Part shown: one piece after another, positions 27,917 through 37,923 of the stretch | Layout: each line of letters starts with the position of its first letter | How positions within the stretch are numbered: position 1 is the stretch's first letter | From: Nitrospirota bacterium | Lineage (GTDB): Bacteria; Nitrospirota; Thermodesulfovibrionia; Thermodesulfovibrionales; UBA1546 | DNA: 58,978 nt | Reading direction: 5' to 3' | Assembly (NCBI GenBank): GCA_026387575.1 | Contig: JAPLLK010000064.1 | Location: forward strand, 1-58,978 | The notes under the pieces: model-generated | What the model saw: only the letters and a program-made list of their open reading frames with translations | Told to the model about the DNA's origin: nothing | Database searches by the model: none | Translations under genes and position numbers: made by a program

Positions 27917-29293
27917 TTATATAAAAATCTTTCCGGGATTAAGAATATTCTTAGGGTCAAAGAGGTTTTTTATTCCTTTCATCAATTCAAGCTCATGTTT
28001 CTTTATCTCCATGCCGAGATACGGAGCCTTTGTAATCCCTATGCCGTGCTCTCCTGAGATAGTGCCTCCAAGGCTTAGCGTTACCTCAAATATCTCTCTT
28101 ATAAGAGACTCCGCCTTTTGGTATTTTTCAGCATCTTGTTTATCAAACATAATATTCACATGGATATTGCCGTCTCCTGCATGTCCGAAATTCACTATCT
28201 GTATGCCGCTTTCTTCGGAAAGCCTTCTCAGCTTTTTTAATATGTCAGGAATTTTATCTTTCGGCACAACAATATCTTCATTTATCTTTGTCTGGTTCAT
28301 ATGATAAAGCGCAGGCGATATTGAGCGTCTTGCCTCCCAGAGCTTATCACGTGCAGCTTCATCCTCTGCCATCTTTACATCCGCATTGAATGATTCGCAT
28401 ATCTCTATTATCCTTTCCGCCTGCTTTGTTATTGCTGATGGATGGCCGTCCAGCTCAATGAGAAGAAGCGCCTCAATGTTTCTCGGGATTCCAACAGGCT
28501 TGAAATTCTCTACTGCAGCGATTGTCCCTGCATCCATAAACTCAAGTGTTCGGGGTATTATTTTTGATGCTGTTATTTTCGCGACTGCTGAACCTGCTGC
28601 CTCAAGGTTATCAAACATTGCAAGCAGAGTGATGACATCTTCCGGCAAAGGAAGAATCCTGAGACGCACTTTTGTTATCACTGCAAGAGTGCCTTCTGAT
28701 CCTGTGAGTAATCTCGTAAGGTCATACCCTACAACCCCTTTTGTTGTCCTCACCCCTGTTGTTATCACATCGCTGCCAGGCAGTACTGCCTCTATCTCCA
28801 TCACATAATCCTTTGTGACACCGTACTTCAATGCCCTTGGGCCTCCGGCATTATTCGCCACGTTTCCCCCTATTGTGCAGAAATTCATGCTCGCGGGATC
28901 AGGCGGATAGAAAAATCCGAGATGCTCAAGATCACGCTGCAGCCTGCCGTTTATAATTCCAGGCTCAACAACAACATTGAGATTATTAGTATCAAGCTCT
29001 ATCAGTTTATTCATCTTCTCAAGGCTTAAGACAATGGAGCCGTTCAATGGAATGGAGCCTCCTGTCATGCCTGTGCCTGCGCCTCTCGGTGTAACAGAAA
29101 TCTCATTTTCAAAGGCATACTTCATCACCCTGACAACTTCTTCTGTGTTTTTTGGCCAGGCAACTGCCGAGGGACGGCTTTCAATTCCGGATGCGTCAAA
29201 GCCATAACAGATTAAATCCTCCGGTTCTGCAGATATCTTTATGTCAGGAAGGATATCTGTAATCTTGTTTTCCAAATGGTTATTATTTTTCAT
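27917..29293 (-). CDS. FAD-linked oxidase, GlcD/D-lactate dehydrogenase-like
   Basis: RGAGTG, YPPDPAS, KYGVT, GHAGDGNIH, GEHGIG and LNPGK. Confidence 0.88.
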   Translation of the reverse strand: MKNNNHLENKITDILPDIKISAEPEDLICYGFDASGIESRPSAVAWPKNTEEVVRVMKYAFENEISVTPRGAGTGMTGGSIPLNGSIVLSLEKMNKLIELDTNNLNVVVEPGIINGRLQRDLEHLGFFYPPDPASMNFCTIGGNVANNAGGPRALKYGVTKDYVMEIEAVLPGSDVITTGVRTTKGVVGYDLTRLLTGSEGTLAVITKVRLRILPLPEDVITLLAMFDNLEAAGSAVAKITASKIIPRTLEFMDAGTIAAVENFKPVGIPRNIEALLLIELDGHPSAITKQAERIIEICESFNADVKMAEDEAARDKLWEARRSISPALYHMNQTKINEDIVVPKDKIPDILKKLRRLSEESGIQIVNFGHAGDGNIHVNIMFDKQDAEKYQKAESLIREIFEVTLSLGGTISGEHGIGITKAPYLGMEIKKHELELMKGIKNLFDPKNILNPGKIFI

Positions 29294-29294
29294 C

Positions 29295-29837
29295 TTACTT
29301 TAAGATTTTCATTGTATTTAGATGGCACAATGCAAGCGCAAGCGCATCTGCGCTGTCTGCAGAAAGTTTGGTTTTCAGGCTCAGTATCTTTGAGACCATA
29401 CTCTGGACTTGATGTTTTTCTGCCCTTCCGTATCCTACTATTGCCTTCTTAACCTCAAGCGCGCTGTACTCGTAAACAGGAAGCCCTGAGGAAGCCGCTG
29501 CAACCAGCGCCGCGCCTCTTGCCTGTCCGAGGACAAGGGCAGCCTTTATGCTCTTTGCAAAAAAAACCTTTTCAATAGCAACTTCATGGGGGGAATATTC
29601 TCTTATAATGTCTGCAAGGTTGGAGTAAAGTTCTTTCAGCCTTACATTCAGCGGCTGCTTAGAAGGCAGCATGATCCTTCCCGATGCAATATAAATAGTA
29701 TCTGTAGCCTGAGATTGTCTGCTGTATACAGCAGACTGTTTACTGTCTGCTGATTTTATTATCCCGTAGCCGCAGACAATACTCCCGGGATCAATGCCGA
29801 GTATGATCCTTGGCCTATCTTTTTCTTGGCGCCTCAA
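29295..29837 (-). CDS. ruvC: Holliday junction resolvase RuvC (start uncertain)
   Basis: ILGIDPG, AIE, LGQARG, VKKAIVGYGRAEKHQV and DSADALA. Confidence 0.95.
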   Translation of the reverse strand: MRRQEKDRPRIILGIDPGSIVCGYGIIKSADSKQSAVYSRQSQATDTIYIASGRIMLPSKQPLNVRLKELYSNLADIIREYSPHEVAIEKVFFAKSIKAALVLGQARGAALVAAASSGLPVYEYSALEVKKAIVGYGRAEKHQVQSMVSKILSLKTKLSADSADALALALCHLNTMKILK

Positions 29838-30399
29838 AAAGTATCTCCTCCACCATCTGGCAGAGGACATGACCAAGCGTTATGTGGGTTTCCTGAATTC
29901 TCGGGGTGTTATCAGAGGGGACAATAAACGCATATGTAGCCTTTGCTGCGAATTTCTCTCCTTTGACTCCGGTAAATGCTATGGACTTTATTTTCTTTTT
30001 CTTTGCCACATCCATCGCCTTAAGCACATTGGCTGCGCCTCCACTCGTGCTTATGGCAATAACAATGTCGCCTTCTTCTCCGAGCGCCTTAAGCTGCTTT
30101 GCAAACACATCAGAATAATCATAATCATTTGCAATAGAAGTAATGACTGCCATATCAGTATTAAGCGCAAGTGCCGGAAGGCTCGGCCTTTCCTTTTTGA
30201 ACCTGTTAACAAATTCAGCCGCTATATGAGAAGCGTCTGTTGAACTGCCGCCGTTGCCAAAGAGAATAAGTTTTTTGCCGTCGTTAAATGTGTCAGCTAT
30301 TGCTTTTGACACCTCAATTACAGCGTCAACGTTCTCTTTTATGAACTGTTCCTTGACCTTTATGCTTTCTTCAAATGCCTTTAAGATTTTTTCTTTCAT
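29815..30399 (-). CDS. gmhA: Phosphoheptose isomerase
   Basis: GNGGSSTDASH, ANDY, ISTSG and RIQETH. Confidence 0.93.
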   Translation of the reverse strand: MKEKILKAFEESIKVKEQFIKENVDAVIEVSKAIADTFNDGKKLILFGNGGSSTDASHIAAEFVNRFKKERPSLPALALNTDMAVITSIANDYDYSDVFAKQLKALGEEGDIVIAISTSGGAANVLKAMDVAKKKKIKSIAFTGVKGEKFAAKATYAFIVPSDNTPRIQETHITLGHVLCQMVEEILFEAPRKR

Positions 30400-30483
30400 A
30401 AGTGTATTGATAGAGTAATTTAATTATGCTTTACCTGTCAATTGATTTTTAGGGTAAAATATGAATAGCGGGTGTACCGAATC

Positions 30484-30912
30484 ATGAATATCCAGAGAAA
30501 CGGCCAGTTAACAGACAACATGGAAAGGGCGTCAAGACTGCGCGAGATATTTGAAATTCTCTGCGAACGTAACAAAGACATCCCCGTAATAGTTGAAGGG
30601 AAAAGAGATGCGCTTGCGCTCAGGGAACTGGGGCTTCAGGGAGAGATACTCACACTTCACAGCGGGCAGAGCATATACGACTTTTGCGAAGAGATATCGG
30701 AGAAGTTTCACCGTGTGATAATACTCCTTGACTGGGATGAAAAAGGAGAAAGTCTAAATAAAGCTCTATGCAGTCACCTGAATGGGCAGTGGGAAGAATT
30801 TTCGGCATTCAGGGAACTGCTAAAGATACTATGCCAGAAAGAAATCCAAGATATAGAGAGTATTCCGAAGCTCATCAGGAGACTTGAAGCAGATGAAACA
30901 GGTTGGCAGTAA
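30484..30912 (+). CDS. Stand-alone Toprim-domain protein (UPF0292/RNase M5-like)
   Basis: VIVEGKRD and ILLDWDEKG Toprim motifs; C-terminal DIE. Confidence 0.78.
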   Translation: MNIQRNGQLTDNMERASRLREIFEILCERNKDIPVIVEGKRDALALRELGLQGEILTLHSGQSIYDFCEEISEKFHRVIILLDWDEKGESLNKALCSHLNGQWEEFSAFRELLKILCQKEIQDIESIPKLIRRLEADETGWQ

Positions 30913-31240
30913 GGGAGAAGACCTCGCCGCTGAATTCCTCAAGGGCAGAGGGTATAGGATAATCGCAAGAAATTACAAGACTCCAATCGGCGAACTGGAT
31001 ATCATTGCAAAGGACGGAGAGATACTTGTGTTTGTTGAGGTCAAAACCCGCTCAAGCAATGCCTTCGGTTATCCATTTGAGGCCGTAGACTCACGGAAAA
31101 AACACAAACTGAAAAACCTCGCCCTGTTCTATCTTAAAAATCAGAAGAAGAACTGCGCTGCAAGATTTGATGTCATAAGCATTAGTTTAAGCGGGACAAA
31201 AAAAGAAATAGAATATATCAAGGATGCATTTGAGATATAG
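30893..31240 (+). CDS. yraN: YraN/UPF0102 putative endonuclease
   Basis: GSKGE, RNY...GELDIIA, LVFVEVKTR and RFDVI. Confidence 0.92.
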   Translation: MKQVGSKGEDLAAEFLKGRGYRIIARNYKTPIGELDIIAKDGEILVFVEVKTRSSNAFGYPFEAVDSRKKHKLKNLALFYLKNQKKNCAARFDVISISLSGTKKEIEYIKDAFEI

Positions 31241-31283
31241 AGGAGTTGAAAACATCGCTATTTTTATAATAGTATATTAGTAT

Positions 31284-31369
31284 GCCGAAGTGGTGGAACC
31301 TGGTAGACACGCACGTTTGAGGGGCGTGTGGGGTAACCCATGCGGGTTCAAATCCCGCCTTCGGCACCA
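31284..31369 (+). tRNA. tRNA-Leu(GAG)
   Basis: GCCGAAG...CTTCGGC-ACCA; anticodon loop TTGAGGG; long variable arm. Confidence 0.96.
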
Positions 31370-31371
31370 TT

Positions 31372-31614
31372 TTTTATGGCTACTATCTTCGCATCAAGAA
31401 CCATTGCGCCCTTCGGATAAAGCGCAATAGGATTTAAATCAATCTCTTCAACATACCCTGATGCTATTATTACTGAGACTGTGAGGATTGTTTTTATGAG
31501 CGCATCTTTATCTATAGCAGGCTTTCCTCTGTAGCCCTAAAGAAGCCTGTATCCATTCACCTGCTTAATGAGGCAAAACGCGTCTTCTTATTTTAAAGGC
31601 ACAGGGGCAAAGGC
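31372..31614 (-). pseudogene. Fragment of the ATP-grasp domain of ADP-forming acetate-CoA ligase
   Basis: AFAPVPLK*EDAFCLIKQVNGYRLL*GYRGKPAIDKDAL...[22 protein letters not shown], with two in-frame stops (31588-90 and 31537-39). Confidence 0.78.
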
Positions 31615-31713
31615 GATTATGACCTTGTTGATTCAGACCTGTCAGGTCAGCTTGACACAGACTGTCAGGTCACAGAAAAGAAAATACGGCACCATCTGAC
31701 TGATTCAGGCTTT

Positions 31714-32337
31714 ATGGTCAAACAGAAGATGACTGTTGAAGGTGTTGTTTTTTTTGCAAGCGCTTACGAGGGATACATGCCCAATCCCGTGCTTAAGCGC
31801 GTGAGCACCAATCAATATGAAAAACAGTATATAAAGGGTGGCATTATTGCAGGAGGATTTTCCACGGTGCAGGGCAAATGGGAATGGCACGGGGAAAGCG
31901 TATGCCAGATCCCTGAGGACAGGAAAGAGGATGCCTATATTAACTATGTGTTTGGAAGCGAATATGACCTGAACACATTCATGAAAATTGACGCCATAGA
32001 CTCTGCCAAGCTCATTGTTGAATATTCAAACGAATGGGTGCTTGAAGACCAGAATCACCCTGACTATCCTGCAAACCAGCGGTCTTCGCGTCTCGGGCGC
32101 AATGCCATATACATACTTCAGAAAGTTGATATCAACGACAAAAACAAGGTGTCGTATGGCGCCGCATATAACATTTCCAAAAAGGATAATACGCACCGCT
32201 TGACTTACGAGCGTAAATTTAAGGATGGGAAATCCGTAGAAACATTCTATGAGTGGTTCAATGGAGGGGGAAAAACACATTTCGGCCGCTGGGAAGAGAA
32301 TGACCGTATAGTAGTCAAGTTCACAAAGAAATTCTGA
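31714..32337 (+). pseudogene. Probable C-terminal fragment of an outer-membrane beta-barrel protein
   Basis: No signal peptide; alternating beta-strand pattern; ends THFGRWEENDRIVVKFTKKF with a terminal Phe. Confidence 0.45.
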
Positions 32338-32391
32338 CCTTCCGCATCGCAGATTTTTAAAACGAAACAAATTCTAAGACTTCTTTCACTT

Positions 32392-32519
32392 GAGATGGAC
32401 TTTGCAAAGGAAGTTGCAGACAGGGTAGTTGTATTTGACCATGGCGATATAGTGGAAACAGGCCCGCCTGAGGAGATATTTATAAGCCCCAAGACAGAAA
32501 GGACAAAGGTTTTTTAAAC
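32392..32519 (+). pseudogene. C-terminal fragment of a polar amino-acid ABC transporter ATPase (GlnQ-like)
   Basis: [43 protein letters not shown]; no Walker motifs upstream. Confidence 0.8.
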
Positions 32520-32663
32520 TGTGCTGAAAAAAGGTATCATGTAAGATTGTTGAACAGATAATTTTAATGTATGGCAGCGGGTTGCTTTTTGAGGTACAAA
32601 ATGAGAATATTATATACAGGGCAGGAAGGGTGCCCTCATTCTAAGCAGGCAGGGGGTAGTTCT

Positions 32664-34418
32664 ATGAAAAAAAATAAGATTGGAGAGCTACTTATTGGAG
32701 CAGGCTTAGTTACATCCGAACAAATCGAAAATGCCCTTAAGATCCAGAAAAATAAGAATAAAAGGCTGGGCAAACTGCTCATAGAATTAGGCTATGTTAA
32801 TGAGCTCCAGGTTGCAGAAGCGCTCTCCAAGGCGTTTTTGTTCCCTATAGTTGATTGCAACAGCTATACCATAACAGAAGAGTTGCTCTCAATAATACCA
32901 AAAGGGACAGCGGAAAAGAAAATAGTTATGCCGCTTGAATTAAAAAACAAAAAACTGCTGCTTGCCGTGGCTGACCCTCTTGACTGGGAGACGATAGATG
33001 AGATTGCATTCAATACAGGATTAAATATTTCTGTTGCTGTATCCACAGAAACAAGCATCATCAATGCAATAGACAACTATTACGGATCCGCTGAAAAGAT
33101 ATGGGATGTCCTTAAAGAGATCCCTGCATATGAAGGAGTGGAGATTGTAAAAGAGGTTAAGGAAAAGGAAGAAGAAATCAGCATACAGTCAATGTATCGG
33201 CTCAGCGAGGACCCTCCAATAGTAAAGCTCGTAACTATGCTGTTTGCCAATGCCGCAACAACAGGCTCAAGCGATATCCATATTGAACCTGGAGAAAAGA
33301 ATGTCCAGGTCAGATATAGGATAGACGGTATCCTGAAGACTATAGTTAAATATCCTAAGCACATACATGACTCAGTTGTTTCCAGAGTAAAGATTATTTC
33401 AAATTTAGACATCACGAACAGGAGACTTCCGCAGGACGGCAGGAGTAAATTGCGGTTCGAAGCAAGGGATATTGATCTCAGAATATCTACAATGCCTTCC
33501 TTCTACGGCGAAAATATGGTGATAAGACTGCTGGATTCAGCAACGGGGCTTATTCCGCTTGGCAAGCTTGGCATCCCTGCGCAAATCCTTACGCCCATGA
33601 TAGACGTATTCAGCCAGCCTCAGGGCATGCTGCTTGCCACTGGGCCTACAGGGAGTGGGAAAACTACGACACTATATGCAATCTTACGTCAATTGAACGA
33701 AGAGGAATCGCATATTGTCACTATAGAAGAACCCATAGAATATCAGCTCTCCGGTATAACACAGGTAGGAATTAACGAAGCCATCGGGCTTTCTTTTCCT
33801 AATGTGCTGCGTTCCACTTTAAGGCAGGACCCGGACATCATTATGGTAGGCGAAGTCAGAGACCTCGAAACAGCTAAGATTGTAGTACGCGCTGCCCTTA
33901 CAGGGCATCTTGTATTGAGCACCCTCCATACCAATGACACCGTAGCTACAGTCACAAGGCTGTCGGATATCGGCTTAGAGCCATACCTGATAAGTTCATC
34001 CGTATCAGGCATTCTTGCCCAGAGGCTGATAAGGAGAATATGCCCTGATTGTAAAGTTGAGGCTGACCCTCCAACAGATCTGGCGAGATGGAAACTCCCG
34101 CCGATAGAAAAATTTTACAAAGGAACAGGCTGTAAAAAATGTATGAATACAGGATACAAGGGCCGTATCGGAGTATATGAATTTTTATATATGACCACAA
34201 AACTCAGAAGGTTGATTGCCAGGCGCAGCACTGCAGAGGAACTATGGGATGCAGCAAAAGAAGAGGGCATGTTGACTCTTTTTGAGGATGCAATATCAAA
34301 GGTAAGAGATGGTATCACAACATTTGAGGAGGTAGCCTCAAATATTCCATACTCACAGGCAGGGACTATTAAAGAAGATAAAAGAGAAGAGACTGGGAAA
34401 GAAGAGAAAGGAAGTTGA
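32664..34418 (+). CDS. GspE/PilB-family assembly ATPase with MshEN N-terminus
   Basis: SDIHIEP, RLPQDG, GPTGSGKTTT, LRQDPDIIMVGEVRD, HLVLSTLHTND and CPDC...CKKC. Confidence 0.92.
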   Translation: MKKNKIGELLIGAGLVTSEQIENALKIQKNKNKRLGKLLIELGYVNELQVAEALSKAFLFPIVDCNSYTITEELLSIIPKGTAEKKIVMPLELKNKKLLLAVADPLDWETIDEIAFNTGLNISVAVSTETSIINAIDNYYGSAEKIWDVLKEIPAYEGVEIVKEVKEKEEEISIQSMYRLSEDPPIVKLVTMLFANAATTGSSDIHIEPGEKNVQVRYRIDGILKTIVKYPKHIHDSVVSRVKIISNLDITNRRLPQDGRSKLRFEARDIDLRISTMPSFYGENMVIRLLDSATGLIPLGKLGIPAQILTPMIDVFSQPQGMLLATGPTGSGKTTTLYAILRQLNEEESHIVTIEEPIEYQLSGITQVGINEAIGLSFPNVLRSTLRQDPDIIMVGEVRDLETAKIVVRAALTGHLVLSTLHTNDTVATVTRLSDIGLEPYLISSSVSGILAQRLIRRICPDCKVEADPPTDLARWKLPPIEKFYKGTGCKKCMNTGYKGRIGVYEFLYMTTKLRRLIARRSTAEELWDAAKEEGMLTLFEDAISKVRDGITTFEEVASNIPYSQAGTIKEDKREETGKEEKGS

Positions 34419-34526
34419 AGTTCTATCTAAGGATGCCTTTAACAGCAAAAAACAGCAGTGCAAACTGAATATTCGCTTCTTTTGACCTTGAACTTTAGCC
34501 GCATAAATTTAAAATGACGTTTAAGA

Positions 34527-34577
34527 TTTTGCCAGAAAGCTCTACTTACAGGGTGTCTGCTTTTAGGGGAAGCTTAC
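34527..34577 (-). mobile_element. Probable IS3-family terminal remnant
   Basis: Minus strand GTAAGCTTCCCCTAAAAGCAGACACCCTGTAAGTAGAGCTTTCTG resembles IS3-family left ends (CCCC...AGACA, recalled from memory). It starts exactly where lipoyl-domain similarity ends. Confidence 0.4.
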
Positions 34578-34619
34578 GATTCCTTCGCCTAAATCCGGCA
34601 AAACAAAATCATAAGGCAT
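34563..34619 (-). pseudogene. N-terminal stub of a lipoyl-domain protein (2-oxoacid dehydrogenase E2)
   Basis: AAGGAG RBS, then MPYDFVLPDLGEGI followed by VSFP*. Confidence 0.75.
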
Positions 34620-34662
34620 AACGCTCTCCTTTATCTATTCGCTCTGTTCTTTATTTAATAAA

Positions 34663-34691
34663 AGGATACCACGCATGTAAAAAGCAGTCAA
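34663..34691 (-). promoter_or_regulatory. Sigma70-type promoter upstream of the lipoyl stub
   Basis: TTGACT-N17-TATCCT with an extended TGn. Confidence 0.5.
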
Positions 34692-34750
34692 TTTGCTGCT
34701 TGCTCACAAAAATCATGTTCGGTAAGTTAAAAGAGATGTTGTGCTGATCT

Positions 34751-36187
34751 TTAAAACCTTGCTGCTATACGGGCAACATTAATGACTTTTGAAGGTAGCA
34801 CTCCGATAACCAGGACTGCTATAACTGTTATCGTAAGCGCAAGGGCTATTCCGGGAGAGACAGAAAGCTGCACTGCGGCCTTAGGTTCTTTCATGTACAT
34901 ATACATTACAATCCTCAGATAAAAATACGCTGATATTGCGCTGAATATAACCGCAATCACAGCAAGCCACGTATATCCTGCGCTTATTGCGCTCATAAAG
35001 ATATAGAACTTACCCATAAACCCTGCTGTAGGCGGAATCCCTGTGAGAGAAAACATAAATACAAGCATCAGCGCAGCAGCCAATGGATGTGTCTTTGCGA
35101 GCCCCTCATAATCAGAGATGTCATCTCCCTTAAATCCCTCTGACCTGAGCATAATCACAACTGCAAATGCGCCTATGTTCATGAATGCATAAATAAACAG
35201 ATAATTCAGAACACTTGCCGTGCCCTCTGATGTCCCTGCAATTATTCCAAGAAGCACATAACCTGCATGCGCTATTGAAGAATACGCAAGCATCCTTTTT
35301 ATGTTTATCTGTGAAATTGCGGCTATATTCCCGACGGCCATTGTGAGTATCGCTATCGGGATAAGAATGCCTGTCCATTCAATTCTTGCCGCACCGAACG
35401 CTGTCATAAAAACCCTTCCAAGAACTGCAAACCCTGCTGCCTTGGGCCCTACTGACATAAATGCAGTAATGGAAGTAGGCGAGCCCTCATAAACGTCAGG
35501 CGCCCACATGTGGAAAGGAACAGCGGCTATCTTGAATGAGAACGCCACTGCAAACATAGTCATTGAAAGCGTTAAGACGGGATTCCCTGAAAGTCCATTG
35601 ACGGATATGTAAGAAGATATCGCCTTGAGGTCTGTTGTGCCTGTAAGCCCGTATATCAGTGATGTGCCATAGAGCAAAAATGCGGAAGCGAACGCTCCGA
35701 GGAGAAAATACTTCATTGCGGCTTCGTTAGACTTTATGTCATGTCTCAAGAACCCCGCAAGCACATAGGTGCTCAATGCCATAAGTTCAAGTCCAAGATA
35801 GAGGGTTATCAGGTCTCCTGCCGACGCCATAAGCATCATGCCGAGAGTGGAAAGCAGTATAAGGCTGTAATATTCCCCGAAATTAACTTTTTCAATTGCA
35901 ATGTATTTCACTGATATAAGAACAGTAAGAACAACATTCAGCATAAAGATAAGTTTGAAGAATAGGCTATAGTTATCCGCTATAAACATTCCGTTAAATG
36001 TGATTCCTGTAGAACCGACAAGCAAATATGTAACTGCTGCAACACTGACTATGCTAAGAAATGCAATTGTCTCTTTTCTTTTAATCACAAGGTCTGCAAG
36101 CAGAATTAGAAGAGCAAGGCACGTCATTACAATTTCAGGCATAACAGGCCCAAGGTCAGGCATTGAAAATCCAGTAAGATTCGTCAT
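34751..36187 (-). CDS. nuoN: NADH-quinone oxidoreductase subunit N
   Basis: EAAMKYFLLG, FKIAAVPFHMWAPDVYEG and KRMLAYSSIAH. Confidence 0.96.
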   Translation of the reverse strand: MTNLTGFSMPDLGPVMPEIVMTCLALLILLADLVIKRKETIAFLSIVSVAAVTYLLVGSTGITFNGMFIADNYSLFFKLIFMLNVVLTVLISVKYIAIEKVNFGEYYSLILLSTLGMMLMASAGDLITLYLGLELMALSTYVLAGFLRHDIKSNEAAMKYFLLGAFASAFLLYGTSLIYGLTGTTDLKAISSYISVNGLSGNPVLTLSMTMFAVAFSFKIAAVPFHMWAPDVYEGSPTSITAFMSVGPKAAGFAVLGRVFMTAFGAARIEWTGILIPIAILTMAVGNIAAISQINIKRMLAYSSIAHAGYVLLGIIAGTSEGTASVLNYLFIYAFMNIGAFAVVIMLRSEGFKGDDISDYEGLAKTHPLAAALMLVFMFSLTGIPPTAGFMGKFYIFMSAISAGYTWLAVIAVIFSAISAYFYLRIVMYMYMKEPKAAVQLSVSPGIALALTITVIAVLVIGVLPSKVINVARIAARF

Positions 36188-37707
36188 TTGATAATCTCCA
36201 GAATATTTTTTGCAACGCCCACTTCATGCATGCTTCCTGAATTTACCCTCTCAAGCAGATGTTTTACAGACTCATGCATGAAACCGAGAAATGCATTCGG
36301 ATAAATTCCGATCCAGAATATCAGTATAATCATCGGCAGAAGTGTGATTATTTCCCTTAAATTAATATCTGCGAGCCCTGCAACCTTCTGGTTTGTTTCC
36401 ATGAAAAATACCCTCTGATAAAGCCAGAGCATATAACCTGCGCCTATGATTACCCCTGTTGCCGCAAGCACGCCTGCCCATTGATTCGCCTTGAACCCTC
36501 CAAGGATAATCAGGAACTCTCCTATGAACCCGTTTGTCGCAGGAAGGCCTATTGATGCAAGCGTAAACACCATAAACAAAGACGCATACACAGGCATTGC
36601 AGATGCAACTCCTCCGTAATCAGAAATCTGTCTTGTATGAGTCCTGTCATAAATCATTCCGACGCTTAAGAATAATGCACCTGTGACTACTCCATGGTTT
36701 ATCATCTGAAGGATTCCGCCCTCCATGCCCTGCGAATTTAGGGCAAAGATTCCAAGTGTTACAAAACCCATGTGGCTGACAGAGCTGTATGCAATGAGCC
36801 TTTTCAGGTCTGTCTGTGCGAGACATATTACTGCGCCGTAAATTATCGCTATAACAGAAAGCGTAAGCATCACAGGCGTCATTGCCCTTGATGCATCGGG
36901 GAATAACGGCAATGAGAACCTAATAAAACCGTAAGCGCCCATCTTGATAAGCACAGCGGCAAGAATAACGCTGCCTGCTGTCGGAGCCTCTGTATGCGCA
37001 TCAGGAAGCCATGTGTGCACCGGGAACATCGGAACCTTAACGGCAAAGGCTGCAAAGAACGCCCATAAGAGCCAGATCTGTAATTGATACGGATATGTTT
37101 TTGTCATTAGTTCAAGTATGTCAAATGTCCTGCCAGCCTGATAATAAAGAACGATTATCCCGATAAGCATAAGCAAACTTCCAACAAGCGTGAAGAGGAA
37201 GAATTTCACCGCAGCATAAATCCTGTTACTCCCGCCCCACACGCCTATCAAGAGATACATAGGGATTAGCATTGCCTCCCAGAAGAGATAGAAGAGCATA
37301 AAATCCAGTGAACAGAAAACGCCTATCATTGCGCTTTCCATTATCAGAATGGAGATATAAAATTCTTTTGTCTTTGCCTTTATAGAATTCCATGAGATAA
37401 GAACGCAGAGTATTGTAATAAGGGTTGAGAGAAGGACAAACAGAATGCTTATGCCGTCAATGCCGAGACTGTAATTAATATTCAACGAAGGAACCCATGC
37501 ATGTTTTTCTGTAAACTGCATAAGGTGCGTGGACTTATTGAACTCCGTGAACAAAGGAATTGAAATTATAAAAACCGTTATGCTCACAATAAGGCTAACC
37601 CATTTTATAAGGTTCTCATTAGACCTGCTTATCAGGAGCAAAAGCACCGCACCTGCAATCGGCAGGAATATCAATGTGCTCAGTATCGGAAAACCATTAA
37701 GGTTCAT
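36184..37707 (-). CDS. nuoM: NADH-quinone oxidoreductase subunit M
   Basis: FWEAMLIPMY, VKVPMFPVHTWLPDAHTEAPT and KRLIAYSSVSH. Confidence 0.96.
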   Translation of the reverse strand: MNLNGFPILSTLIFLPIAGAVLLLLISRSNENLIKWVSLIVSITVFIISIPLFTEFNKSTHLMQFTEKHAWVPSLNINYSLGIDGISILFVLLSTLITILCVLISWNSIKAKTKEFYISILIMESAMIGVFCSLDFMLFYLFWEAMLIPMYLLIGVWGGSNRIYAAVKFFLFTLVGSLLMLIGIIVLYYQAGRTFDILELMTKTYPYQLQIWLLWAFFAAFAVKVPMFPVHTWLPDAHTEAPTAGSVILAAVLIKMGAYGFIRFSLPLFPDASRAMTPVMLTLSVIAIIYGAVICLAQTDLKRLIAYSSVSHMGFVTLGIFALNSQGMEGGILQMINHGVVTGALFLSVGMIYDRTHTRQISDYGGVASAMPVYASLFMVFTLASIGLPATNGFIGEFLIILGGFKANQWAGVLAATGVIIGAGYMLWLYQRVFFMETNQKVAGLADINLREIITLLPMIILIFWIGIYPNAFLGFMHESVKHLLERVNSGSMHEVGVAKNILEIIK

Positions 37708-37751
37708 GCCTTGCCCCGCAAGAATTTGGATTCGTTTTGTAGTTTATTGCT

Positions 37752-37833
37752 GGCATTCCAGCTTGATGGGAATCCTTCTTCGGAAAGATTCTGGACTGAT
37801 CCCCGACGGAGCGGGGACAAGAGCCAGGATGAC
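37752..37833. repeat. REP-like palindromic element between nuoL and nuoM
   Basis: GGCATTCCAGCTTGATGGGAATCC...GATTCTGGAC[TGATCCCCGACGGAGCGGGGAC]AAGAGCCAGGATGAC, nested hairpins. Confidence 0.55.
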
Positions 37834-37923
37834 AAAGATGAAGGCTGTTTAGTCCAGATACCTCGAAGTTCTATTTTATAGTGGTTTATGTTTCTATTTT
37901 GCATTTTTAATTTTCCCTGCTCC

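Noticed and set aside
34527-34602. Apparent structured RNA or riboswitch closed by TTTTGCC...GGCAAAA
   Set aside because: It matches no riboswitch consensus I recognise and is better explained as a lipoyl-gene stub joined to an IS-like end.
37704-37904. 66-aa ORF as an extra nuo subunit
   Set aside because: It runs through a REP-like palindrome and has no TM segment or motif.
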